Shown: piece by piece, positions 35,490 through 48,400 of the stretch
How positions within the stretch are numbered: the stretch's first letter is position 1
Layout of the letters: each line of letters opens with the position of its first letter
Source: Aplysia californica
Taxonomy: Eukaryota
Assembly (NCBI RefSeq): GCF_000002075.1
Contig: NW_004797524.1
Coordinates: forward strand, 795,762-859,761
Reading direction: 5' to 3'
DNA length: 64,000 nucleotides
Notes under the pieces: model-generated
The model's input: only the letters and a program-made list of their open reading frames with translations
Told to the model about the DNA's origin: nothing
Databases searched by the model: none
Program-made: the position numbers and the translations under genes

Positions 35490-35902
35490 TTTGTTTTGTT
35501 TTAGTTTTAGTAGAGGTTTTACAGTGCTCGCAACTGCATAAAGTCATATGAGTGCCAAGGGGTGGATGTCAACAGAGAAGTCCTTTCAGGGAATCAGACT
35601 TACTCTGCTCTCCTCTCTAGCTTCAACAGCACAAAGTCTGCTTCGACTATCAAGGCACCCCGGAAATAGCGGGTCACAAGAGTGTGACAAACATACAAAG
35701 GAAGTAGAGGGAAAAGACGATAGTAAGAATTAGGAAAGAAAAAGCAGCAGTTCCCTATTGCAGTTCAGGCACAGTTATGAGCATGACATTGATGAATCAG
35801 CTCATTTACAATTACAGTTCTACTGTAGGCATAAGAACTCGAGATGTTAATGTCCCCCTCTTTGGGAATGGCCTAAAGACACTTCAGTCAGTAGCACCGC
35901 CT
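35490..35902 (-). mobile_element. Retroposon family 2, ~400 bp (copies 39435-39765, 56310-56583, 62605-62942)
   Basis: Four highly similar copies with the same 3' hairpin tail as family 1. Confidence 0.85.
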
Positions 35903-36252
35903 CGTTGGTTTGACCTCCAGTTAGTGCTGGCATTGTGAATAATTTTTAAAAAAATATTTTCCACAATAATCAAATTCTTAAGGTAGGTAGTTAAGGTAGG
36001 GTCAAGCTTAAGCAGCTTGCCATCTGAGATAACAAAAAATGTGAGAGGTTCTTTGTAGGTCCAAAATTGGCACTGTGCAGTTTCTTAATCTTTGGTATGG
36101 ACTGAACATGCTCAAGAAATATTTTGTCAAAATTTAAATTCTAGATTTAAAAAAAAAAAAAAAAAGCATAGAAAAAAAAAAACTACTAAAAGATTGAAAG
36201 TTTTTCTTTCCTGAAAAATGTTCTCTGGGCTGAGAACATTTGAATAACTTAA

Positions 36253-36475
36253 CCCTATCCATATGCCCTGGGGTCATCTGGTGTTGTATTATTCTCATTT
36301 TAGACTTCTAGTGCAAAGATCTCTGAAACTTTCAGTATTTTTCAAAAAATCATTTTGACAGACTGCTGTACAAAGCATACAGATCGGATTAATGAGTAAA
36401 TTTTCTCTTTGGAAAGTGGTGGCACAGTGTTCCCATCGTATAGATACGATAGTAAAACATGACGTATGGATAGGG
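36253..36475. mobile_element. piggyBac-like MITE
   Basis: TTAA|CCCTATCCATA...TATGGATAGGG|TTAA. Confidence 0.85.
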
Positions 36476-39400
36476 TTAACGGCGAAATTTTCACAAGGCA
36501 GGAGCAACTGGCCTTAACAAAAAGCAACATCTTATCTCCTGAGACTGGGATTACTGGCACCTGTGGTTCAGTGGTTAGACGCTTTGATGTCGCATGCAGG
36601 AGAACCAATATTGATTCCCGCATGGGGAGAAATTCTTATCGAGTATCTCAGTCTTTCTATTGGGATGTTGCATCCCTCTCAGCCGGGTTAGCCCTGACAG
36701 GCAGAGTCGGAACCCCACATCCTAAATGATCTAAATTGTGTTGATTGGATGTAAAAACACCCGCATTTTTAAAAAAAATTTTCACCCAAGTTCTCAACCT
36801 TTCGAAATTCAAAGCAGATTTCTAATTAATAAAGACATTACCTAAGAATTACCTTTCTTATCAAATTGAAGCAAAAATGTAAACAACTATATGACTCCGT
36901 AACTTTGCAGTGGAAGCCACTTGGTAACAGCTAAGGGTCCATTGGTGATACACCACCCACTAGCTAACTCTTTAAAAAATAAAAAATCAATCCCCTTGCA
37001 GACACGTATAAAGACAATGTTGTTGCATATTTCAAACCGCCATGCACAAATCAAAAACATGAATTTGCACACTACATAACTAATAATAGGCATATTGTCG
37101 CCTTTTTAAAAAAAGTTTCAGATAAAGAAAGCAATTGAAAAAATCTGTATGAATAACGAAATAACGCTTCTTTTTAAAGAGCCTCAAAACAGCTCATCTT
37201 CAAGTGTTGTCAAATGACCAGAATAAGCATCTTCAGAGAGTCAAGACAAACAAAAAAACAAAACAAAAGACTAAGACCAAAACATTAGTAGCAAGATAAC
37301 ATAAAATGTATTTCTGTTGACATAGTGCTGCAAAACAAGTTCCAAAATTGTTACATTCACTGTGCTGAAAATTTGGGGAGAACATCTGTACTCGACAGAA
37401 AAGCTCACACCTTCTGGTCTGTGGAGAAATACATGTACTGTGTACTGTCAGAACATATGTTACCAATCAAAAATCTTGTTAATACAGGAATGGAACCTCT
37501 CCTAGAGCAGAACAATATGATATAACGCATCATTTGATTACAGTACAAATTCAGGGGAATCAACAAAATTTTTCATATAAAAATCGAAGCTTCTGTCATC
37601 CTGGAAGTGTAAAACAATCAACATGAAATTGATAATACTCAATATCACCAGCCCATCCTTCTTCCCTTTGACTCTGTATGTAAACATTTTACATCTTCAT
37701 CGACACCATTTAGATTGCAAGCCTTCATTTCAATTTTACTCAACTCTACATCAATTTCCAAACAGTCAGGTGATACAATACTAAATCTGGCTTGCTACCA
37801 GAGGAAGGATCAGAAAATGATCACTTCTTGACACCCCTGCTCACTCATTTAATCACCTCTCTGATAATGCCCATTTTAAAGACAGAATAGTGAACACCTT
37901 ATTTTAAATACGGTTTAGCTAACAAACGGGAGAAAACCCCATAAACCTCAATTTCAAGTCTTGCAACATGCATTGAACAGACCAGCAGAGGCAGCACTAT
38001 TCTGATTCTGACAAGACATACGCACTTGAATTTGAATCCTTTGATGAACAGGGAGTGGAAAAAAAAACAACCAACAACGCATATGTGAAAAACAGCTGGT
38101 CACGATAACATTTAACTGTTCAACCTGTGAAGATGTCAAAAAGATTTTCATGTGTGAAGATTGAAGATTAGGGGGGGGGGGGGGGGGGGGGGGGTGCAAA
38201 GTCTCCAATATACAGTAGCCTAAAAAATGGCCAGAATCTATTGCCCCCAAAAATCTAACATGCATCACAGTCAAAAAAGTTTCATAATAAACCGCGCTCT
38301 CGTCAAAATAAATACAAGTCTTAGTACTACTAAGGGGGAATCTAAAGATGAATTATCGCAACAGGCCTACTAACTAACCTCACAAACGTCATGCTATGAT
38401 ATGACAAGTGATCATACATTAGTCTTGCACCATCCCAGATAAATCATGTACAAGAAGTTTTTAAATTCTTCAATATCAACAACAACAACAACAAAAAAGC
38501 AGTTAAACCTAAACTAAACTAACTTTATTACATGAGAGAATGGGAGTAAGTGCTATAAAATTGTCTTCACTGTATTGTTATTGTACCGATATATAATATT
38601 ACAATTTCATGATTTTCCTGGAAAAATGATTTGCAGGTATGATAGAATCTAAAACAGTTCAACGTCACTCTCCGTCCTACGCTGAAACATTTTTTTTCCT
38701 AAATCTCTGTCAGTGTCTCAAAACTTGAAACTGTGATCACATTCAAAATGCAACAGACGAGAACAACATAAATGTTATAAATACAACAAAATAACATATA
38801 AACCAACACAGCATGCTTTTTCATGTTACTGTGACACATCTACAAAAATAGACATAGGAGTCAGCACATGACAAAATCAGTGGTTTACAAGAAGACACAG
38901 TCTTTGAATTAAGATAGGTTCTCAAATTAAATAAATCCACAATTTTTTTGCTTTGAGACTTGTACAAATAAATCTCATATTGCATTGAGGGATATAGCAT
39001 CGTTGTGAAATCAGGTGCTCGTCAAAATAATAAAATTGAAGAAACCTAATTTTTCTACCCATTGGGCAATCTTTATCTTTTTTTTTCCCCGGCTCAATTA
39101 GATCAACATTTCGGAATGGATTTTGAGGAAAAACATTGGTGAAAAACACACAAAAAAGTTAATTTGCAGTTATCAAGGACACTCAAACTTTGGAAGTCAC
39201 CACATTTTGATGCCTGTTTTCTCGTTCATTTTACCTCTGACTCCACGCAATCCTCACCCTCTTCAATTGCAAATATTTCGACTTCTATTCAAGAGACAGG
39301 CATTTTTTTTTCACCAAAAGCAAGAAAAATGTTTAAACTTTAAAAATGATACCAATAACTCTGTACATCCAACAATTAACGAGCGCCTGATTCCACCATG

Positions 39401-40212
39401 TCATGACAAATATATTTCAGCCTTCTTTTTTAAAAGTTTTAGTAGTTTTTACAACGCTCGCAACTGCATAAGGTCATATGAGCGCCAAGGGGCAGATGTC
39501 AACAGAGAAGTCTTTACAGGGAATCAGGCTTACTCTGCTGACCTCTCTAGCTTCAACAGCACAAAGTCTGCTTCAAATATCAAGGCACCCCGATAATAGA
39601 GGGTCACAAGAGAGTGACAAACATACAAAGGAAGTAGAGGAAAATGACGATAGTAAGGATTAGGGAAAAAAAAAGCAGTAGTTCCCTGTTGTAGTTCAGG
39701 CGCAGTTATGAGCACGACATTGATGAATCAGCCCATTTACAATTCTACTGTGCATAAGAACAGTGTCTTACAATCGTATTGATGAAAAACCTAATCTAAT
39801 TTATCAGTTCTTAACAGGAATACATTTTGATTTGTATCTACCTTAATCAGTTCTTATGAGTAATATATTTAGATTTGAAACTACTTTTATCAGTTCTTAG
39901 TATCTCTACTTTTATGGAGAAGGGCAGAGGAAAATGCTTCCATGCCACCCTCCAAGAATCTTTACGAAACAACAGAGATGAACGAGCAAGTTACCATTTT
40001 TTTGTCATGTGCAGACATATATGTTTAACAAAAGTCTCAAGAAACAAAAATACAACCAACCCAAAATTGTAATATGTTACAAATGAAAATTTAAGCCAAA
40101 AAAGCAACAAAAGAAAAAGTCATAAAGCATAGTCAAGTAAAATTATCATTAGACAAAGGATATTGAAAGAAGCCCTAAGTAAACGCATGTGTGTGCCTGA
40201 CAAAAGGGCCCT

Positions 40213-40748
40213 TGGGGACTTTCGTGGTCTAGAGGTTACAGTGTTCGCCTCTCATTTAACAGGTCCCAAGTTTGCAATCTCACAGCGACGGAAAATTTTC
40301 ATCTCTACAATTTTCTCTTTTCACCTCCTTTCTTACTCTCTAACCATGTTGTCATTTGCTTTCATCTCTACTTTTTGCTGCCACCCCCCCCCCCACCCTC
40401 CCTTCCCCCTCCTCTGGGTTCATAACTCTTTCTGCAGCATTTCTACGGCTATTTCTTGACCCCTTCTTACTGTTGGCTTTCAGCCACACCCCTGATCTTA
40501 AGGTATGTAAGATCTAATACCTAGCCTTCTCGGAAAAGGGTGAAAAATCTTGGAGGTCCTATGTGCAGTTGTGCACGTTCAAGATCCCATGATGGTCAAA
40601 GATCGATATGAGTAGGCTTCAGCCGCCACCTGTGTAAAATTCAAAATTAATTCCTGCTAAACTGAAAATGTCTTATGTGTCCTGCGCGCTCATATGATCT
40701 TATGCTGTTGTGAGCGTCGTTCAACAGTTACCAAAACAAAAAACAAAA
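40213..40748 (+). mobile_element. tRNA-headed SINE with a Nin/Deu-like domain and the family 1/2 tail
   Basis: Head gtggtctagaggtta...; ccttctcgga...gaggtcctatgtgca...gcacgttcaagatccca motif; tail gcgctcatatgatcttatgctgttgtgagcgtcg. Flanked by caaaagggccctt (40201-40213) and caaaaggccctt (40744-40755). Confidence 0.7.
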
Positions 40749-42577
40749 GGCCCTTATGGCAGCCAATTAAATTTCAAGCTCGGGACCTACAAAGGTGTAA
40801 AATGATCCTTAATCAAAAATAGTTTGTTGACTTAAAAACAAAAATTTAACTATTCCTAAACCATATTCAAACTGGATTAATGCAAATCTTTTTCTCAAAA
40901 CCTACTTTCATTTTATATCTCACAAAACCTGGAACATCTCCAAAAGTATTCAAATATCTTAAGAATTAAAAAAAATTTTTTTAAAGGAGCTGATTCTGAA
41001 CTGAAAAAACTTATGTGAAACCACCTTTATCTCAATTTTTAAAATTGCCGACACATGGGCCCTTATGTCAGGAAAAGACACAAAAAAGAACATGAAGAAT
41101 TATTGGTTCTGTGTAAACACACAATCATACCACGCAATGCTAGTTGTTCATGTCAATATAATATGTCAACACACAAAAGTGTGCTTTAATACGTTCTTAC
41201 ACATTCCCCCTCTACATAAAGTAAAGCGACAACTGCTGACATAAAAACACATCTGTCTTAGTCACAGAGAAAGACAAGAAGAGAGTAGCTGAGCTAAGCT
41301 CACAAAACTTTGGATCAAATGATGCTTCCAGGAACAGGACCTCTTTGGTTAAGTTTTACTTTCAGTTAAATTAGTAAGAGTTTTAGAGCATTTGCAGCAC
41401 AATAACTTCATATTAGTGCTAAAGATTAAAGGTGTTACAATAAAAGAGTAACAAAAAAAAAAAGAGCAGGCAGGAGGAGAGATAAGGGTGATAGATAGGA
41501 GAAAATGAGCAAACAACATAGGAGCACCCGATCAATTCCTCACTCTTTAGCTCAGAATGCCAAATACTGCTGACCACCAAAGTCAATACAGTCAGTCACA
41601 GATAACCCAAACACATGAGGGACTGACAGGAAATGTGTTTGGTCAACACATCCATAATTCAGGTCAACCAATAATGAGAAATTAAAGAGATATCAGTCAG
41701 GGAACAGTAAAATTGTACAAGCTATCCACGATTTCTAGTTTTCCATATTCATATTATATGTGCCAGACTGTACTTGAAACATCTACAATATCAAACACCT
41801 TCCTCTAACACAAAGAGAAAGAATCAAAATCGGCAACAAAGACCTAGGAAGTATCAGGAGAGATGAAGACAATGAATCCAATTTTCGACAAGGAAAACAA
41901 CTCATAGCAAAATCCAGACACTCTCCAAAGTTCAGCAATCTCCAATACATTCCATTATGTTACAGATGGAAGGGGGAGCTTCATCTGAATTGAATTACAC
42001 CAGATAACAGGTTTAGGAGAGTGACTTGTCATTGCTTCTACCAATCTACCTCTTTCACGAAAACCTATATTTAAATTACAAACAGTATTTTCTTTATATC
42101 TTGTTAGTATTATCAAATACATCAGAGATAACTTTGAGAAAGACTAACTCAAAGTACCATTCTATCATTTCTGAGAAAACAAATGGATTTCTAAATTTGG
42201 CTGCTGTTCTGCAGAAGTTTATAATAAATCTGTATGAAAATAACAGTCACTTTTAGTCGTGATGCAGATCAAGAACAATTAACACAAAAATGAAGTTGGA
42301 AGAGCTGGCCCCAATGGAGCCCCCCACCACCTCCAACCAACCACCCCCTTTTGAATAATAAAAAGGCCAAAGGTGTTACTGGATTATCAAAAGGGGTTAA
42401 CACAGCCCTGAGATTTAAATTTAACAGGGTAAATTTGATATCACACAAAGAACATCAATGTGCAGACCTTTATGATTCAGCCGACTTATTAACTGCACTA
42501 GCAGTCTTCTGTTATCGCAATAACAAAAAATTTAATGGGTATGTCTGAATTATATCAATAAAATATATACGATTTAT

Positions 42578-42587
42578 ATACATACAT

Positions 42588-42642
<55 letters not shown>
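42578..42642. repeat. (TA)n microsatellite
   Basis: Directly visible. Confidence 0.95.
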
Positions 42643-42645
<3 letters not shown>

Positions 42646-42681
42646 ATGTGCGTGTATGTGTGCTGTTTGTGTGTGTGTCAA

Positions 42682-42869
42682 CAGTCGAACTTGCTCTAAC
42701 GACTAGTTGTCAAAGACAATCTTCTGTACAAAAGACAACTTCCCACTTGCCCTCCACTTCCTTCATATTTTTCTTCGTTATAGTGACATTGTCCAAGAGG
42801 ACCACTTGTCTAAGAGGACCACTTTTCTTCTCCTTGACAATAGGTCATCAACTTGATCAAGTTCGACTG
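42682..42869. mobile_element. Short Tc1/mariner-type MITE (relatives ~13966-14142, 14350-14530, 58428-58603)
   Basis: TIR CAGTCGAACTTG / CAAGTTCGACTG. Confidence 0.75.
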
Positions 42870-45314
42870 TATATCCAATACATATAGGGTCATTCTGAAA
42901 GATTTAATATATGTAAAAACATATATATATGCATACATGGAATTGGGTTGAAAGGTTCCTCCTGGTGATATCAAATCTGCCCACTAAACAGGCACAGAGC
43001 ATGATCAGATAAACTTATGAGTATTGCATGTACCTAAATCAGTGTCTGTTAAATCAACACCCATCTGACCTGTGGGGCACGTCTCTTCAAGGATTACAAC
43101 AATGAATAGATAACAGTAGAGACATTCAACTAAAAAAATAATAATAATAATAAGTAAATAAAAACCGTGTCAATTTTAGTTGCAATAGTTACATCCTTAT
43201 CATTTATTTAACTGTAACAGGACAGCTTAATTCAAATCCACAGCTGAGTATTATCATGTCACTTAGAGCGTGATATGTCAAATATGAGCATTGCAGCGGT
43301 TCCACTACATTTGCCGCACACTTCCAAAGAAAGCCACCTGAGTAAGAAGTCCTTGTCTGTTCTTCCTGAACTGTTCTTCTCCAGCCCCAACCATGATGCT
43401 ACCTCTACAAACATTTACATCTTTGCTGTACATAACACAGATTACAAACCTTTCCCACCTCAGCCTTACTTCACTACTTCCACAATCACATCTGCATGTA
43501 AAAATGACTTAGATTCACTTCCAAAAATGAAATTTTTCTTTTTTTTTAAACCAAAAAAACATGTGCGACATACATCTCATCTGAACATCTCATACAGGAA
43601 TAATGGATACAGTATCAGTCAACAAGGCTGAAAATACATGTCACCACATGAGCTCTTTTCTTACCATTTTTCACCTTGTCAAAACCGGCACTTGCATTCA
43701 CGTAGGCCTACTTGTTTATTTCAAAGTTCTCATCAACTTTTTTGTGACGTTAATCCGTTCCTAATAGGAGAGATATATCTTGCTGTTTTAGTTAAATTCC
43801 AAAACCAAGAATAAAGAGTTTAAATGTGTTAGCACTCTGATATAGAACAGAGTTGAGTGAGTTTAAAGTTACAAAAGAACAAGAGATTAGATAGGTGATT
43901 TACACTTCTGATGTTATGGATCTCACAATATCCTTAACACGTTGTGTAAGAATATATTGCCCAAACAAGCTTGTCACATACACAGGAGGCAAGACAGCAT
44001 TGTCTGTGCTTGTTGATGGGAGTGGTAATTCTTGCCCTGAGTACTGACAAACAAGATCGACATTTTCAGGTGACACTCTTGATTTTAAAAAAAAGAAAAG
44101 ACAATTGGTACGTTTAACCCCAAGTTATTATAAAGCCAGAGTTTGTAAAAAGCCATAAATTGTTTAAGTTGTCATAAAGCATGGTGATAGAAAAGACAAC
44201 AGGAAAAACAAAATCTCAAGAACAATAGAAGAGGTGAAAAATGGAACTCCATGTATGTTCTAACACCTTGTTCAGTCCTTTGTCAACAACAAGTAGCAAT
44301 CTCTTATCTCCACTAAATAAACAACTGACATTTTGACAAATGTCTCTGTCCCCAAAAGAATTCAATGACAATATTAGTATGTTCGTGAAATCAACAGGAT
44401 TTTAAAAAACATAAGCACCTCTATACCCAAAACTACATTATCGAAAACATTTTTTTCTCCCCAAACACTTGTGCAAAAACAAGTATTTTGATTTTCTAAT
44501 GAATGATGAATGGTAAGTTGGTCTCTTATTTCAGAAGCTTTGTCTGGGGGGGGGGGGGGGGGGGTCGCTCCAAAAATTGAAGATAAATAGGGCTATCATT
44601 GAAATATGAAATCACAGGCAAACATTTTATGCAATAAAAAGGAAAAGTGCTTGCAACATCAAAATTACAGTATAGCTTTTGAAAATAAAGAGGTTTAAAA
44701 ATGAATTGTTCAAGTGTAGAAATAGTTTTTCTAGTACTGATAGAATAAAATCTGATAAAAACTTTGTCCCTTTTAAGTAAACATTCTTGATATCCAAATA
44801 TTGAGTAAAGCAAGATTGTCAATCAAAAATCAGAACCAGCAACATAGACACACTCGACCACAAGTCAACCAGACTCAGATATAGCAACCTGCCTTATTGA
44901 CTTACCATGACAATGACTTAATAAATATGCAGAACTCTAAAAATAGAAATGTACATTACATAATACAAACAAACAAAATGTTACCTGAGACGAAATGCTT
45001 TTTGGCCATGACAATATACATCCACCCTCCAAGACACTGAGCATCACTTCACTCGAGGTTTCCCCAAGAGAGAATCTCACATGCCAGCACGGGCATTGCA
45101 TTGATCAAAATGATGAAGAAACAAAAACAAACAAAAACCCAAGTTCAAGGACAGAAATGGCATTAATTTCCCACCCCATATCAACCGACCAACAAAAAGG
45201 CAACTCTGGCAATACTAGTGTGGTCCCAGAAGTGACACAGAGTTCTCTCCTCTCGTATCCTATGTCATGGAAAAATTATGCGACGCCAGTTTAACTTCTT
45301 CCCCAGCCACTCCT

Positions 45315-45476
45315 TCAAGCTTTTGCAACATCACCGTTGCCCACAGTCCCATTGGTAGCTGCGCCATTAGCAACGGATGGATTTTCAGTGATGTAGCAGG
45401 CATCCAGGAATGCTCTTGCAATCTCATTGACCAAGCTGCGATCAGGAATACTTTGAGCCATGCCATAAATAGCGCC
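45315..45476 (-). CDS. SGPL1: SGPL1 last coding exon ([53 protein letters not shown])
   Basis: tcacag| acceptor; TGA at 45317-45315. Confidence 0.95.
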   Translation of the reverse strand, partial: GAIYGMAQSIPDRSLVNEIARAFLDACYITENPSVANGAATNGTVGNGDVAKA

Positions 45477-48400
45477 CTGTGAAAAGAAAGGCATAACTTA
45501 TAAGAGTCATCATCATCACTGCCTTTCTCACCCTGTACCCCCCTAAAAACAAACTTTCACCTTCCCCTATTGCGGACAAGCCTCTTGATATTATTCCATG
45601 TCTTCCCACTTTATGAGTGGACCTTATTGAAAATCTGGAACTTCTGGATGTGCAGTGCTTCCAACCAACAAAGCAGAAAAGTACGGAAAAATTCTACGCA
45701 TGGGGTCTGGGGGCCACTGAGGCCGCCCACAGGGTCTGGGGACAGCTCCCAGTCCGGGTTCAGGCAGCAAAGGCCCCAGAAGAAATTGAAAGTTAGTGCT
45801 CTTAGAGAGTTGAAAATGGCCTTTGAAAGCCTGTTTCAAGAGACTGTCAACATCCCATGATACTTGTATTTATTTTCTCACCATGATTTTCTCTTGGTTT
45901 ACACAGTGGCCAACTTTTAAAACAAACTCTACAGATACGGTGGGTCAAGATGAGAAGCACTCGTCAAGCATCCTTCCTCCAAACCCTCCACACACACGTT
46001 TTTACATTTAAAAAATTCAAGCAGTTCAAGTGGACCTGCAGAAAAAGATCTCTTCAGTTGGCCTGTGGGCTTCATTCTCATTATTATTCGCATATAGATA
46101 TAAACTATGAAAAAGAGATTTTTATATATACAGTCGAACCTGTGTAAGACGGAATCACAAGGGAGCTTGAAAAAAATTCCGTCTTAGACATATTGCGTCT
46201 TAGACAGGGGAATTTAGGGGGGAGGTGGAGGTTGGGGAAGGGGGGGTTCAAAGGCCCAGCCGTGGGATCAAGGATCGCTTGTCCGATCGGCAAGCAGAGG
46301 TCAAAACTTCACACCTCTCAGCTGCTATCCTGTCTGATAGTGACATGTGTCAGTCTTACTTATCCAATTACCACCAGTGCTTGCCTTTCATAGGACCACT
46401 GTTTGACCTATTACAAACAGAAACGTTTGAACATCTTCTTGGCTTCCACCCTCAGTCCCACCCACCATTGCCACCCGTCACTGCCATCATGTAACAACGG
46501 TTCGAGGAACTCTTTTCTCTGCTGGCCATACGATCAGGGCGGCAGGCATTGGTCAATCTAATTTCACACCTCTGGCTTCTGGTTACCCAGGAGTTTCCGT
46601 AGTGGCTCGCTACTCGAGCGCTCTCACAGGCAGTCGTGAGATATCACACCCACACTACACTGACCATCTGCATCACTCAGGGCTCACATGATGGGGTAAC
46701 TTCTACCCCCATTTCACCCCTACTCCCCTTCCTTGCCCAGCGGCATGGCCATGGCGTTAAGTTTAGAGCCGGCGGAACCAAACTTGCGAGTTTTGTTTCA
46801 AATCAGGGCGGAGCGGGCAAAGCATTTTCCGTCTTAGACAGGTGAAACCATCGGAAGGGAGCGGATTTTTCTTTCCGTTTCCACGTTGGACAGGTTTCCG
46901 TTTTATAAAGGTAATTAAAGAGGAATATATCAAGGGGGGAGCGAGGAGATTCCGATTAGACAGGTTTCCGTTTTACACAGGTTTCCGTTAAGGCAGGTTC
47001 GACTGTATTATATTTTCTATCAGCACAAACATCATTGTCATGGCTACCATGACGGATACAAACAAATCTATTCCTTACAGCTCCTCCACATTCTGCCTTG
47101 GGGTCCTTCATGATCACTGCCACACTCTCCACCACATCCTTCACAAAGGAGTCAGCAACTCCCGGCTGAGTGACAGGCAGCGTCACACACAAATGCAGAC
47201 TGAAATGGAATGGAATGGTAAGTCGTCATTCAGAGGGAATGAAAAGACAAGCATAGAAAATGCACAAATCATAGACAATCAAAAGACAGGCATTGAGAAT
47301 GTGAATATCTGGAATTATCCAACATCTTCATCATCTTCAAATGTCCTAGCATAAGACAATCACTATGAAAAATCTTTTATTTAAATTTTATCAGCAGTCC
47401 AAGCAACCTAAACAAAAAAAGCAATAGTTTAAAATTCAAACACTTTTAAACCAAATCATGGTAATCCAGCTCTTTGTAACAAAAGAAGCAGCGGATTATA
47501 TTCATTCTATGTTTATGCAAGTTTCCACATAGCTCATGCAAAGAAAATTTGCTTCTGCAAAAAGATAAAAAACAAAACATACAAACCTAGAGGGAAACTG
47601 CAAGGAGTTCAGGTTCCAGCCCTTTTCTACCAAAGCATCAAAGAGTCGGAATACATTGAAATCGTCTGAGCCAATACCAACCACAGAGACCTCCGGTTCT
47701 CCAAAGACAAAGATTCCTTCAACAGCTTTCAACCTAAAGGAAAAGCCATTAGATAAATTAAAAATGTACACTCCATAGTACACAGCCTCTGAAACCAAGT
47801 TTAGTATATATAGAGTAAAATAATTGTTAACTGATGTGTCCAATTTTTAAAATCTTCTGTTACATTTCAAAATAAAAGCGGTAACAAGAAGGATCTTTTT
47901 GTATACATGGGGAGAACTACAAATGTAATTTCTTCAATACTTTCTTACGCTTTCTTACTCCATTGATGACATGTAGACATGAATATAAAAAGCACTACAG
48001 TGATGTCTACTTATAATGAGTCCTGAAATAACGAGAAGTCTGTTATAAAGACACTATTTTAAAACCCTGTTTTTTTCCCTTCTTTATCTTTGTAAATAAA
48101 ATACTGCTATAGCACAATCAGATAAACGTGAGAGTCAGTTATAGCGGAATATTGCTGCTGCTGTGCACAGCACATAGGCCATTTATACATGTAAAACCTC
48201 GCCAGTTGAGAAACTTGTTGGTGATAAAGCGAAACAAAGAATGGGAGAGCCCATGTGTGCCAACAATGAAGGCCAGAGCGAATCAGTGGGGAGGGTGTGA
48301 CAAGCCGTTGTGAAGCAGAACTCATTGCGTGATATGCCAGCCTAGTCTAGATTATCTAGGTCTACCATGCCTCTCACTTCTCCGATGCAGGGATGGAGAG

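Noticed and set aside
35548-35733. Recurring small ORFs such as MSAKG... and MTTVRIR... (also 39478, 56407, 62662, 62768)
   Set aside because: Chance frames in family 2 repeat copies; the frame is not preserved between copies.
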